Source of the DNA: Gemmatimonadota bacterium
GTDB lineage: Bacteria > Gemmatimonadota > Gemmatimonadetes > Palauibacterales > Palauibacteraceae
Reading direction: 5' to 3'
Length of the DNA: 64,000 nt
Assembly: GCA_039587755.1 (NCBI GenBank)
Contig: JBDHBD010000006.1
Span: 9,020 to 73,019 of the forward strand
Position numbers and translations under genes: made by a program. Shown here piece after piece: positions 39,594 through 48,476 of this stretch. Under the pieces are notes generated by a model. It worked only from the letters and a program-made list of their open reading frames with translations. It did not search any database and was not told where the DNA came from. Every line of letters begins with the position of its first letter. Within the stretch, counting starts at the first letter, position 1.

Positions 39594-40550
39594 ATGCTTA
39601 CCGTGCTGATCGCGACGTACAACGGCGCCGACACGCTGCCGCGGACGCTGGCGGCCCTGTGCGAGCTGGAAGAGCCGGACAGTGGATGGCGGCTGCTCCT
39701 GGTGGACAACGGCAGCGAAGACGGCACGCGAGAGGTCATCGACACATATCGCCAGCGGCTACCGCTCACCCACCTGTTCGAGCCGAGGCCGGGGAAGTGT
39801 CGAGCGCTCAATGCCGGGCTAGAGAGGATCGAAGGCGACCTCGTTGTGTTCACGGACGATGACGTGATCCCTGAGGTGGACTGGCTGTGTCAGCTGAGGA
39901 GATGCGCGGATGAGCGACCGGAATACTCGATCTTCGGCGGTCCGGTGCTCCCCCTGTGGCCGTCGGAGCCCGCCGAGTGGATCACCGAGTGGGTGCCGTT
40001 GAGTCCGGTCTACTCCTTGCTTCCCCGGGATGAAAGCGGTCCGAGGGAGCCGCGCCGGGTTTTTGGGCCCAACATGGCGATTCGTTCGGAGGCCCTGCGA
40101 TCGGGTCCCAGGTTCGATGAGTCGCTGGGGCCAAGTGGCTCGCGCTACTCGCAGGGAGACGAGACAGACTTCTTGATTCGACTGTCCGCTGCAGGCCATC
40201 GCGCCTGGTTCTGCCGTGAGGCGGCGGTGCGGCACATCATAAAGCCGATTCAGCTGACGGAGCGCTGGATCCTCGAGAAGGCCGCGCACTTCGCCCGGTC
40301 GGAGTACGTGCTGGCTTCCAGACACGGCTTTCGAATTGACGGATCGGCGGCGGCCGGGCTGTACGGGACGCACAAGGCCTGGTTGACCGACTCCCTTCGT
40401 ACCGTATTTGCGCGCCTGAGTGAAACGACGGAGCCGGGATTTGGCGTGCGCTGGGAGCGGAGGCTGTCTCGCGGCCGCGCGCAGGGAGCCCGTTGGCTGG
40501 CGAAGCAGAAGGCCACGGCTGCGTTTCGTCGCGACCGGGGAGGTGTCTAG
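39594..40550 (+). CDS. Glycosyltransferase, GT2
   Basis: VLIATYN, VDNGSED, GK.RALN, FTDDD, GPNMA, GDET. Confidence 0.92.
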   Translation: MLTVLIATYNGADTLPRTLAALCELEEPDSGWRLLLVDNGSEDGTREVIDTYRQRLPLTHLFEPRPGKCRALNAGLERIEGDLVVFTDDDVIPEVDWLCQLRRCADERPEYSIFGGPVLPLWPSEPAEWITEWVPLSPVYSLLPRDESGPREPRRVFGPNMAIRSEALRSGPRFDESLGPSGSRYSQGDETDFLIRLSAAGHRAWFCREAAVRHIIKPIQLTERWILEKAAHFARSEYVLASRHGFRIDGSAAAGLYGTHKAWLTDSLRTVFARLSETTEPGFGVRWERRLSRGRAQGARWLAKQKATAAFRRDRGGV

Positions 40551-41513
40551 GTGCTTAGCGTGCTCATGTCGACGCGCGACGGTGAGCGGACGATCCCGGC
40601 GACGCTCGAGGCCTTCCGCAGGCTCCAGCGGCCTGCGGGCGGCTGGAAACTCGTTGTCGTCGACAACGCGAGCACCGATGGCACGCGAAGGATCATCGAA
40701 TCGCATCGCGACTCCCTACCGATCGACTACGTGTACGAGCCGCAGATTGGCAAGAACAGGGCGCTAAACAGAGGGCTTGAGCACATCGTCGGCGACCTGG
40801 TGGTAATCACGGACGACGACGTGCTTCCCGTCTCGGAGTGGCTGACGATCCTGCGCCGCGCAGCGGACGCCCGGCCGGCATATTCGATCTTCGGAGGGCC
40901 GGTTCTCCCCCGGTGGGCATCGCGGCCGCCTGGCTGGATCCTCGACTGGGTGCCCCTCAGCCCCACCTACACGATCCTCTATCCGCGCCCCGAGGGTCCT
41001 TATCTGGCGCGCGGAGTGTTCGGCCCAAACATGGCCGTTCGGGTTCCCGTTTTTCGCAAAGGCTACCGGTTCGAAGAACGCATCGGCCCCAGAGGCCGCA
41101 GCTACGCGATGGGGAGCGAGACCGAGCTGCTGCTCCGGCTTGAGCAGGCCGGCTACCGAACGTGGCATTGCCAGCGGGCGATAGTGTTTCACGCCATCGA
41201 GGCGCATCAACTGACCGAGGACTGGATCCTCGAGCGGGCGGTCCGCTTCGGCCGCGGGATGTACCGGCTTCAGCGCACGACGGGTCAGAGGCGACACTTT
41301 TCCGCGATGGGCTCGCGACGGAGTCTGGGCGGGGAGCTCCTGAATCGTTGGATCAAGGTCCAGCGGGCCCATCGTGCCGGGGACCGCGAGGCGACGTTCA
41401 AGCACCGCTGGTACCTGCGCTTCCACACCGGTCGGGCACTCGAGGCAGCGCGCCTGCTCCGCGATCGCTTGAGTCGCCGGGACTGGAGTCGCCAGGCAGG
41501 AGTGGCCGGATGA
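40551..41513 (+). CDS. Glycosyltransferase, GT2 (paralog of the upstream gene)
   Basis: VDNASTD, GKNRALN, ITDDD, SIFGGPVLP, WVPLSP, FGPNMA, GSET. Confidence 0.92.
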   Translation: MLSVLMSTRDGERTIPATLEAFRRLQRPAGGWKLVVVDNASTDGTRRIIESHRDSLPIDYVYEPQIGKNRALNRGLEHIVGDLVVITDDDVLPVSEWLTILRRAADARPAYSIFGGPVLPRWASRPPGWILDWVPLSPTYTILYPRPEGPYLARGVFGPNMAVRVPVFRKGYRFEERIGPRGRSYAMGSETELLLRLEQAGYRTWHCQRAIVFHAIEAHQLTEDWILERAVRFGRGMYRLQRTTGQRRHFSAMGSRRSLGGELLNRWIKVQRAHRAGDREATFKHRWYLRFHTGRALEAARLLRDRLSRRDWSRQAGVAG

Positions 41514-42400
41514 GCATAGTACAGCTCAGCGAGCTCGGATCGGACGTGCTCAAGTTGCTTGAGCAGCTCGGTCGGCGTGCCGTCGAGGTGGCGCCCATCG
41601 GCCGGTTCCGGAACGGACACCGATCCTGTTATCGCCTCCGCCTCGATGACGGTGTGACGGTCAAGGCGAGGATCGCCGCGACCGCCAACGATGCGTGCCG
41701 TATCGAGACGCTGTCCGGTCATCTCCCGCCGGAACTCTTTGCGCGTGTCCTCGCTCGATACGGACGTGCCTTGTTCGTCGAGTGGATTCCGGGGCGCTCG
41801 ATCACATCCGGGGACTGCACGAGCGCTTTCATGGAACGTTGCGGTGGTCTGCTCGCCACCGTGCACCACGTCAAGCCGCCGAACAGCCCCGCCTGGTGGC
41901 ACCCGACGACGCATCAACCGGCCGAGGAACGTCTCTCCCGCGACCTCCACAAACTCGTGGAGCTCGGTGGCCTGACTGAGCCTTGCGCCCGTGGTCTGGC
42001 CGGGGCCGCGGGCCGGTACGGTCCAGAGGACATCGCGGTCGGGCTCGTCCACTGGGACCTGTGCGCTGCGAATGTGATCGCGGGTCGCGACGGCGCGCCG
42101 AGAGTGATCGATCAGGACACCCTGTACATTGGACCGTGCGCAGGCGACCTGGCGAGAACGTGGTATCGCTGGTCGCTCACGAGTGAACAGTTCGGCGCCT
42201 TCCTGACGGGCTACAGGAGCCAGCGCGACACGGCCGAGTTCGAGTCCAGCTTCTGGTACTGGGCCGTCAGCGCGCTGGTGGACTCTGCCCTGTGGCGGCT
42301 CCAAGTGGGGTCGCGAGAGGCTCGCGTGCCGCTGTCGATGCTGAAGGATGCCGCTGCCGAGGGCGTCGAGAGCATCGGAAATCCGGAGGAGTGGCGCTGA
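41510..42400 (+). CDS. APH/choline-kinase family phosphotransferase
   Basis: TVKAR, EWIPG, LVHWDLCAANV (HxDxxxxN), VIDQD, DLA; ATGA overlap. Confidence 0.8.
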   Translation: MSIVQLSELGSDVLKLLEQLGRRAVEVAPIGRFRNGHRSCYRLRLDDGVTVKARIAATANDACRIETLSGHLPPELFARVLARYGRALFVEWIPGRSITSGDCTSAFMERCGGLLATVHHVKPPNSPAWWHPTTHQPAEERLSRDLHKLVELGGLTEPCARGLAGAAGRYGPEDIAVGLVHWDLCAANVIAGRDGAPRVIDQDTLYIGPCAGDLARTWYRWSLTSEQFGAFLTGYRSQRDTAEFESSFWYWAVSALVDSALWRLQVGSREARVPLSMLKDAAAEGVESIGNPEEWR

Positions 42401-43647
42401 TGGCCGACTCGTTGGGCAGCCACGACCGAGCGGCTTCGCGCGCCCGATCGCGCCCGGATCTCGCGGCGCAGTGCCGGATCATGTTGGACTACGCCGGGTT
42501 CCGGCTCGGCGTATCATCCGATCACTCGGCCCACCTCGAATGGCTGGAGGAGTTTCTCGCGCCGCCCTTCGAGACCGTGCGTGTAGACCGGCACGATTGC
42601 GAGCGTCTCGATTGCGAAGTCCTCTTGACCCTCGACGACGAGGCCTTCGAGCGCCAGTTGGCCGATGGGCCGGCGAGCGGAAGCGACGTGTGCTTCGAGA
42701 TGGACACGCGGGTCGTCCGCCTGCCCGTCTGGCGAAGCGACCAGCCGGATCGCGTCGTGTTCGACGAGGCCGGGTGCGTGTTCTACCGGGTGGATGCTCT
42801 TCACAGGACGATCGAGATTCTCGCCTCCGCGGCCACATCCGCGAGCGAGGATATGGCGGTGCGAATCGCGCTCATGCGAGCGGTTCGAGAAGTCGCGATG
42901 CACGCGGCCGTGGCCCACGGGGGCGTGTTTCTGCACGCCGCGGGGTTTGCAGTCGACGGCAGCGGCGTGATCGTGGCCGGCCCCAAACGGACGGGGAAGA
43001 GCACGCTTCTGCTCTTCGCACTGACGGCGACGCCCGCCGCGCTGCTCAGCAACGATCGGCTGCTTCTCACGTATGACAACGGCGATTTCCTCGTGAGAGG
43101 TCTTCCGACGATCACGACGCTCCGTGCCACTACGCTCGACTTCTTCCCCGCCATCCTACGCTCGCTGCTGGAGGATGGATTCCACACGGGTGTGACGGTG
43201 GCGGAAGCCGCGCGCTCATCCCGAGGGCATCGCGGTCAAGTGGGTCCGGCCCCGGACGGTCGATTCGGGATCACGAATCGACAGCTGTGCCAGCTCGCAT
43301 CGTGCGAAGCCGTGGCGCAGGTGCCGACGACGGCCGTCCTGTTTCCCCGCCAGAGGAAGGACACGGAAACGCTAGAGCTCGTCCAGGCGTCGGAGGACGA
43401 GGCGGCGCACCAGCTGCGGCGGTCCCTGTTCGGCCGTCAAGAGGACCGACCCGTGAACCCGTTGTTCAGGTTGGCCCCTTCGCCCGCGGGGGGCTATCCG
43501 GACGCGGCGGAGGCTTGTCGCGCACTGGCCTCGAACGTGCCCTGCTACTTCTGCGATGTCGGACCTCGCAGTTACGAGCTGGCGGCTTCGGCCGAGGCCT
43601 TGCTCGAGCGATTGCAGGACCGGAGAACGACAACCACGGAGAAGTGA
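42400..43647 (+). CDS. HPr kinase/PEPCK-like P-loop protein
   Basis: FLHAAG, AGPKRTGKST Walker A, LLSNDR; TGATG coupling. Confidence 0.75.
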   Translation: MADSLGSHDRAASRARSRPDLAAQCRIMLDYAGFRLGVSSDHSAHLEWLEEFLAPPFETVRVDRHDCERLDCEVLLTLDDEAFERQLADGPASGSDVCFEMDTRVVRLPVWRSDQPDRVVFDEAGCVFYRVDALHRTIEILASAATSASEDMAVRIALMRAVREVAMHAAVAHGGVFLHAAGFAVDGSGVIVAGPKRTGKSTLLLFALTATPAALLSNDRLLLTYDNGDFLVRGLPTITTLRATTLDFFPAILRSLLEDGFHTGVTVAEAARSSRGHRGQVGPAPDGRFGITNRQLCQLASCEAVAQVPTTAVLFPRQRKDTETLELVQASEDEAAHQLRRSLFGRQEDRPVNPLFRLAPSPAGGYPDAAEACRALASNVPCYFCDVGPRSYELAASAEALLERLQDRRTTTTEK

Positions 43648-43648
43648 C

Positions 43649-44539
43649 ATGTCACAGACAAGCGGTACTCGGCTGCGCCGAGCGGTTGAGGATACCGACA
43701 TTCTGCCGTTCATCGGCATATACGACGCGTTCTCGGCATCCCTCGCAGCGCATTCGTACGACAGCCTGTTTCTGAGCGGTTTCGGCCTCGCCGCGAGCCA
43801 CTACGGTCTGCCGGACGTCGGCTTCGTGACCTGGTCCGACATGATCGCTCTTTTGGAGCGGCTGCGCGGTGTGCTCCCAGACCATCACATGATGGTCGAC
43901 ATCGATGACGGCTACGGCGGCCCGGAGCAGGCGGCCTATGTCGCCGGCTGTCTCGAGTCGGTGGGAGCATCCGGCGTGGTCCTGGAAGATCAACGGCGGC
44001 CGAAGCGATGCGGCCACCTCGGCGGCAAGCGCGTTCTCGATGTCGGCGAGTACATGGAGAAGCTGGATGCGGTACTGGAGTCACGGAAGGACCTGTTCGT
44101 GGTAGCCAGAACAGATGCCGAGCAACGAGACGAAATGATCCGTCGGGCCGTGGCGTACGGAGAGGCCGGTGCCGACGCGGTGCTTGTGGATGGGCTGCAG
44201 GATTTGGGGATCCTCCTGGAGCTCTCGGCCGCTACTGATCGGCCGATCGCGTTCAACCAGATCGCCGGTGGAAGATCGCCGGCGTGCTCGCTCGAGGAGT
44301 TGAGCCAGCGGGGCGTCTCCATCGTTCTCTACAGCACTCCATGTCTGTTCGCGGCCCAGCGAGCCATCCAGGATGAAATGGTGGCACTGAGAGACAGGGG
44401 AGGCAGCCTCGAGCAGCCGGGCGTGGATGCCATCGGTCTCGCCGAGTGCAACGAAGTCCTCCAGCGCAACCTCGATGCCGCGCTGGAACCGGAGCGACAG
44501 CGAGAGCCCTCGGAAGCACCGGGCATGCAGAAAGCGTAG
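43649..44539 (+). CDS. Isocitrate lyase/PEP mutase superfamily enzyme (KRCGH type)
   Basis: YDAFSA, SGFG.AAS.YGLPDVG, VDIDDGYG, LEDQRRPKRCGH, VARTDA. Confidence 0.9.
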   Translation: MSQTSGTRLRRAVEDTDILPFIGIYDAFSASLAAHSYDSLFLSGFGLAASHYGLPDVGFVTWSDMIALLERLRGVLPDHHMMVDIDDGYGGPEQAAYVAGCLESVGASGVVLEDQRRPKRCGHLGGKRVLDVGEYMEKLDAVLESRKDLFVVARTDAEQRDEMIRRAVAYGEAGADAVLVDGLQDLGILLELSAATDRPIAFNQIAGGRSPACSLEELSQRGVSIVLYSTPCLFAAQRAIQDEMVALRDRGGSLEQPGVDAIGLAECNEVLQRNLDAALEPERQREPSEAPGMQKA

Positions 44540-44552
44540 GGATCCGTCGGGC

Positions 44553-45641
44553 ATGCACATTACTCACGTTGTGGGCGCGCGTCCGAACCTGATCAAGGTG
44601 GCGCCGGTCATGCGCTCCCTTCAGGAGGCAGAGGAGGTGACGCAGTCTCTGGTGCACACCGGACAGCACTACGATGATCCGCTTTCCGGCCGGTTTCTTC
44701 ACGACCTGGACATCCCGAGGCCGAACGTCAATCTGGGCGTCGGATCGTCATCTCATGCAGAGCAAACCGGCAGCATCATGATCGCCCTGGAGCCGGAGCT
44801 AGAGAGACTCCGTCCGGACTGGGTCTTTACCGTGGGCGATGTCAACTCCACGGTGGCTGCCGCACTCGTGGCGGCCAAGCTTGGCATACGCGTGGCTCAC
44901 GTGGAAGCCGGCCTGCGCAGTTTTGACTGGTCCATGCCCGAGGAAATCAACCGGGTCGTCACGGATCGGCTTAGCGATGCGCTCTTCACGACCGAGCCAT
45001 CGGCCAACGAAAACCTGCGCCGCGAAGGCATTGACGGTGCACGCGTTCATCACGTGGGAAATGTGATGATCGACACATTGGACCGCTATCGACCCCGGGC
45101 GGCCAAGCTCAAGCTGCATGAACAGCTATCGCTCAAGGAGGGAGGCTATGTGCTCGTGACGCTGCATCGGCCTCAAAATGTCGATCGAAAGCCCCGGTTA
45201 CGATCGATTCTGGAGGGCCTGGGCGACATCGGTGCAGAGGTGCCGGTCGCCATGCCACTTCACCCCAGAACCGAGCGCAACATCCGAAGATTCGAACTGG
45301 ACGAGCTTCTGGAGAGAATCACGGTGCTGGAGCCGCTCGGATACCTGGAGTTCCTCTGCCTGATGGACTGTGCGGGTGCGGTGCTCACGGACTCGGGCGG
45401 TGTTCAGGAGGAGACCAGCGTCCTGGGTGTTCCCTGCATCACCCTCCGCCCGAACACAGAGCGGCCCATCACGCTCACGGCAGGGACCAACCAGTTGTTC
45501 GACGACGATCTGACCGCCTTGCCCCCGCTCGTGCTAAACAGCCTCACCGTGGAGCGGCGCCCCTGCCGCCCCGCACTCTGGGATGGAAGGGCCTCGGAGA
45601 GGATTGCGTCTATTACCGTAACACAACTCGCTGAGGGCTAA
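44553..45641 (+). CDS. wecB: UDP-N-acetylglucosamine 2-epimerase (non-hydrolysing)
   Basis: VGARPN.IK.AP, HTGQHYD, GDVNST, HVEAGLRS, PEEINR, TLHR, TDSGGVQEE, TERP. Confidence 0.95.
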   Translation: MHITHVVGARPNLIKVAPVMRSLQEAEEVTQSLVHTGQHYDDPLSGRFLHDLDIPRPNVNLGVGSSSHAEQTGSIMIALEPELERLRPDWVFTVGDVNSTVAAALVAAKLGIRVAHVEAGLRSFDWSMPEEINRVVTDRLSDALFTTEPSANENLRREGIDGARVHHVGNVMIDTLDRYRPRAAKLKLHEQLSLKEGGYVLVTLHRPQNVDRKPRLRSILEGLGDIGAEVPVAMPLHPRTERNIRRFELDELLERITVLEPLGYLEFLCLMDCAGAVLTDSGGVQEETSVLGVPCITLRPNTERPITLTAGTNQLFDDDLTALPPLVLNSLTVERRPCRPALWDGRASERIASITVTQLAEG

Positions 45642-45730
45642 CTACGAGGGTGCTGACGCGCCTCGGCTGCGCCCTTGCTCATGAGCCCGTAGTATGTCGG
45701 GTCCTCTGTTCCCCAAAATGGTGAGGTGAG

Positions 45731-45940
45731 ATGGCGAGAAGACCGAACTACGGTTACGAGAAACGGCAGCGAGAGTTGAAGAAGCAGAAGAAGAAGGCCG
45801 AGAAGGCTGAGAGGAAGAGGCTCAAGAAGGAGGCTGCCGAAGCGGGCGATGAGGTCGAAGTCACCCTGGACGACGAGGTCGAGATAGCCTCGGGTGAAGA
45901 TGATGACAATGATGACAAGCCTGTGTGGCCTGGCGACTGA
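45731..45940 (+). CDS. Small hypothetical protein, basic N-terminus and acidic C-terminus
   Basis: GAGG RBS; MARRPNYGYEKRQRELKKQKKK. Confidence 0.7.
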   Translation: MARRPNYGYEKRQRELKKQKKKAEKAERKRLKKEAAEAGDEVEVTLDDEVEIASGEDDDNDDKPVWPGD

Positions 45941-45946
45941 GGTCGA

Positions 45947-47038
45947 TCAGGAGGCTGCGAGCTTGGCCTCGAGCGTGTCCAATTGGCCGCGGAGCTTCGC
46001 GATTTCCGCGTCCTTTGATTTGACGAACGCCGCGTGCTGGCGCTGCTGGGTCTTGAGCTCTTGCTTGCATTCCTTTAGCTCGCCCTTCAGCACCAACAGC
46101 GCTTGATACTTCTCATGGAGCCGATCGAATTCGGTGTCCTTCTGTTTGACGACCCGCAGGTGCTCTTTCGAGGCAGCTCTCAATACTAACTCCTTCTCTT
46201 GCAGCTCGCGGTCCCTGTCTTCCAGCTGGTCCGGCAGAGGTTCGAACTCGCGGATTCGCGCCTCATAATCGCTGACACGAGTCTGAAGCGGCTCGAGCTC
46301 CGCGACGCGACCTCGCAGCAACTCGATCTCCGAGTCTCGCGCGCTGAGGAGCGACGCGTGACTCTCCTTGAGCTCCCGTATACGGGACTCCCGCTCCTCG
46401 AGCCTTCCCACCACAGGCTCGAGTTCACGGACACGCTCCTCCGTCTCCGGTAATCTTGCCGCGAGGCCCTCGAGACGTGCGACCTCCTCAACAAGCGGTT
46501 GCAGTTCTTCGATCCCGGCGGCTCTCGCTGCAGCTTCGGTCTGGCTCTCCATGAGTTCCTTGAGGGCCTGCTCGAGCTCGGCCCGTGTGGACTTGTGCTT
46601 GGCGTTGACTTCAGCCAGCCGGGTCTCGAGTTGAGATAGCTGGTCATGAAGTGTATCGCGCTCGTCCGAAAGCCCTTCCGCCAGAGCCGTTTTGTCCGCC
46701 AGGTACTTACTTGCGGTTTCCAGCTTGGGGCCCATCTCGTCCAACTGTTGTCTGAGATCCGTTAGCTCGGCGTCACGCGTTTGGACCGTTCTCTGAGTCG
46801 CCTCGAGCTTGGAAGTCGTCGCCGTGAGCTCTGATTCCAGGTCCGCGTTGGCCCTGTCCATCTTCTTCGTCCAGACAGTCTCGACTCCTCTCAGCCGGTC
46901 ATTGAACTGCTCCTCCAGCTCACCTTCAAGCGCGCGCTCCCTCTGCTGCGCCTGTCGGCCACGCCATCGTGACCCGGCAAGGCCGCCGAGAACGCCTCCG
47001 AGGACGAAAAGCACGGACATCCCGATCAGATCCCACAT
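45947..47038 (-). CDS. Membrane-anchored coiled-coil protein
   Basis: N-terminal TM, then about 330 aa of E/L/R/K heptads with xELEP repeats. Confidence 0.78.
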   Translation of the reverse strand: MWDLIGMSVLFVLGGVLGGLAGSRWRGRQAQQRERALEGELEEQFNDRLRGVETVWTKKMDRANADLESELTATTSKLEATQRTVQTRDAELTDLRQQLDEMGPKLETASKYLADKTALAEGLSDERDTLHDQLSQLETRLAEVNAKHKSTRAELEQALKELMESQTEAAARAAGIEELQPLVEEVARLEGLAARLPETEERVRELEPVVGRLEERESRIRELKESHASLLSARDSEIELLRGRVAELEPLQTRVSDYEARIREFEPLPDQLEDRDRELQEKELVLRAASKEHLRVVKQKDTEFDRLHEKYQALLVLKGELKECKQELKTQQRQHAAFVKSKDAEIAKLRGQLDTLEAKLAAS

Positions 47039-47233
47039 TCGCTGGTCGCCTCCGTGGCAGGACAGCCGCCGATTAAGAACCCCTAACCTACGCGAAGATA
47101 GTGCTACAAGGGCCGGTCGATTTCCACTGGCTCGCCCCGTCGAGTGCCTTTCATCCCTTTCTGCGGCTCACCTTGCGCGCTCCGCCACCAACCTCCCACA
47201 ATGGCGCACTCTCATTCCGACAGGAGCTGGCGA

Positions 47234-48349
47234 ATGTGCGCTCGCAGGTCTCTCCCGACGCTTGTGATTCTCGTCCTTGTCCCGTTGCTGCTCACCGCCG
47301 CGCATATCGGGACGACCCGTCTTGCCGATCCTTCGTCGTCGCAATCGCCCGACGCAGACACCGAAATGCGTGATACGGCGATTCGCTTCCTCGACTCGCT
47401 CTCTCCGGGGCAGCAGGCGAAAGCAGCCCAGCCTTTCGATTCGACTCTGCGCGCCGCCTGGCACTTTCTGCCACTCTGGGCCCACCCGAGGACCGTGGGC
47501 GTGAAGCTGGAGGATCTGTCCGACGAGCAGCGTGCCAGTGTCCATCGAATCCTACAAGTCGGGCTCAGTGACCGGGGATATCTGAAGGCATCCGGGATCG
47601 TGATGCTGGACGACGTGCTGCGCTCCGAGGTTGAAGCATTGCTTGAGAGCGGAGCACAGATCGAGGGTCTCGGGCCGGAGCAGGCGCGTAGGTTCGGAAG
47701 CGAGAACTATGTGCTGACAGTGTTCGGTGACCCGTCTTCGGACAAGCCGTGGGGGTGGCGATTCGAAGGGCACCACCTGACGCTCAACTTTACCTCGGTC
47801 GACGGTATGGTGATCGGAACACCCACCTTCATGGGCTCGAACCCGGCCCGGGTTCTGGCTGGCTCGTACGCGGGCTGGCGGGTTCTCGCCGCCGAGGAGG
47901 ACCTGGGCCGAGCGTTCATCGCTTCCCTGACTGACGACCAGAAGGAGGCTGCTTACCTGTCGACCGAGACCCCGGCCGACGTGATCGCAGGCCCGGGCGC
48001 CCGGGATCGTCTGAAGGCGATCGAGGGCCTCCCGGCCTTGCGCCTCAGCGGGGAGCAGCAAGCGGGGCTACGGCGCCTGATCGAACAGTTCGCCGGCAAC
48101 CTGAGAGCGGAGCTCGCCATCGCCGAACTTGAGGCGATGGAAGTGGCAGGCTTCGAGAACGTCCACTTTGCCTGGGCCGGCGGCACCGGGCCTGAGGAGC
48201 TTCTCTACTACCGGGTTCACGGGCCCACGCTGCTCATCGAGTTCGACAACACGTTGAACTCACCCAACCACATCCACACGATTTTCCGCGGTCGTGACGA
48301 TCTGGGCGTGGACCTGCTCAAGCAGCATTACGGCCGAAGCCCCCATTAG
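47234..48349 (+). CDS. DUF3500 family protein
   Basis: LSDRGY, VFGDP, WGWRFEGHHLTLN, TPTFMG.NP, FAWAG, YYRVHGP..LIEFDN, NHIH. Confidence 0.88.
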   Translation: MCARRSLPTLVILVLVPLLLTAAHIGTTRLADPSSSQSPDADTEMRDTAIRFLDSLSPGQQAKAAQPFDSTLRAAWHFLPLWAHPRTVGVKLEDLSDEQRASVHRILQVGLSDRGYLKASGIVMLDDVLRSEVEALLESGAQIEGLGPEQARRFGSENYVLTVFGDPSSDKPWGWRFEGHHLTLNFTSVDGMVIGTPTFMGSNPARVLAGSYAGWRVLAAEEDLGRAFIASLTDDQKEAAYLSTETPADVIAGPGARDRLKAIEGLPALRLSGEQQAGLRRLIEQFAGNLRAELAIAELEAMEVAGFENVHFAWAGGTGPEELLYYRVHGPTLLIEFDNTLNSPNHIHTIFRGRDDLGVDLLKQHYGRSPH

Positions 48350-48476
48350 CACGGAGGGACCCGTTCCTGTACGCCCTGGAGGTCGGCTATATGAACCTCA
48401 CCGATCCCCTTATCATCTACGGGATGACGCACTGAGACGGCACGCTGATCCCGGCCTTCGAGCCAGACGGTGGCGG

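Noticed and set aside
29032-42400. Aminoglycoside resistance genes (AAC(3), APH)
   Set aside because: Only family-level motifs; both are translationally coupled inside biosynthetic operons and have no mobile context.
20942-43647. Complete lasso peptide BGC
   Set aside because: No PqqD/RRE, no B2 protease and no YxxP..T-G type precursor seen in the gaps I read (20685-20940, 23820-24287, 31005-31150, 34152-34305).
43649-44539. PEP mutase, implying a phosphonate cluster
   Set aside because: The motif is EDQRRPKRCGH, not EDKx5NS, and no phosphonopyruvate decarboxylase is visible.
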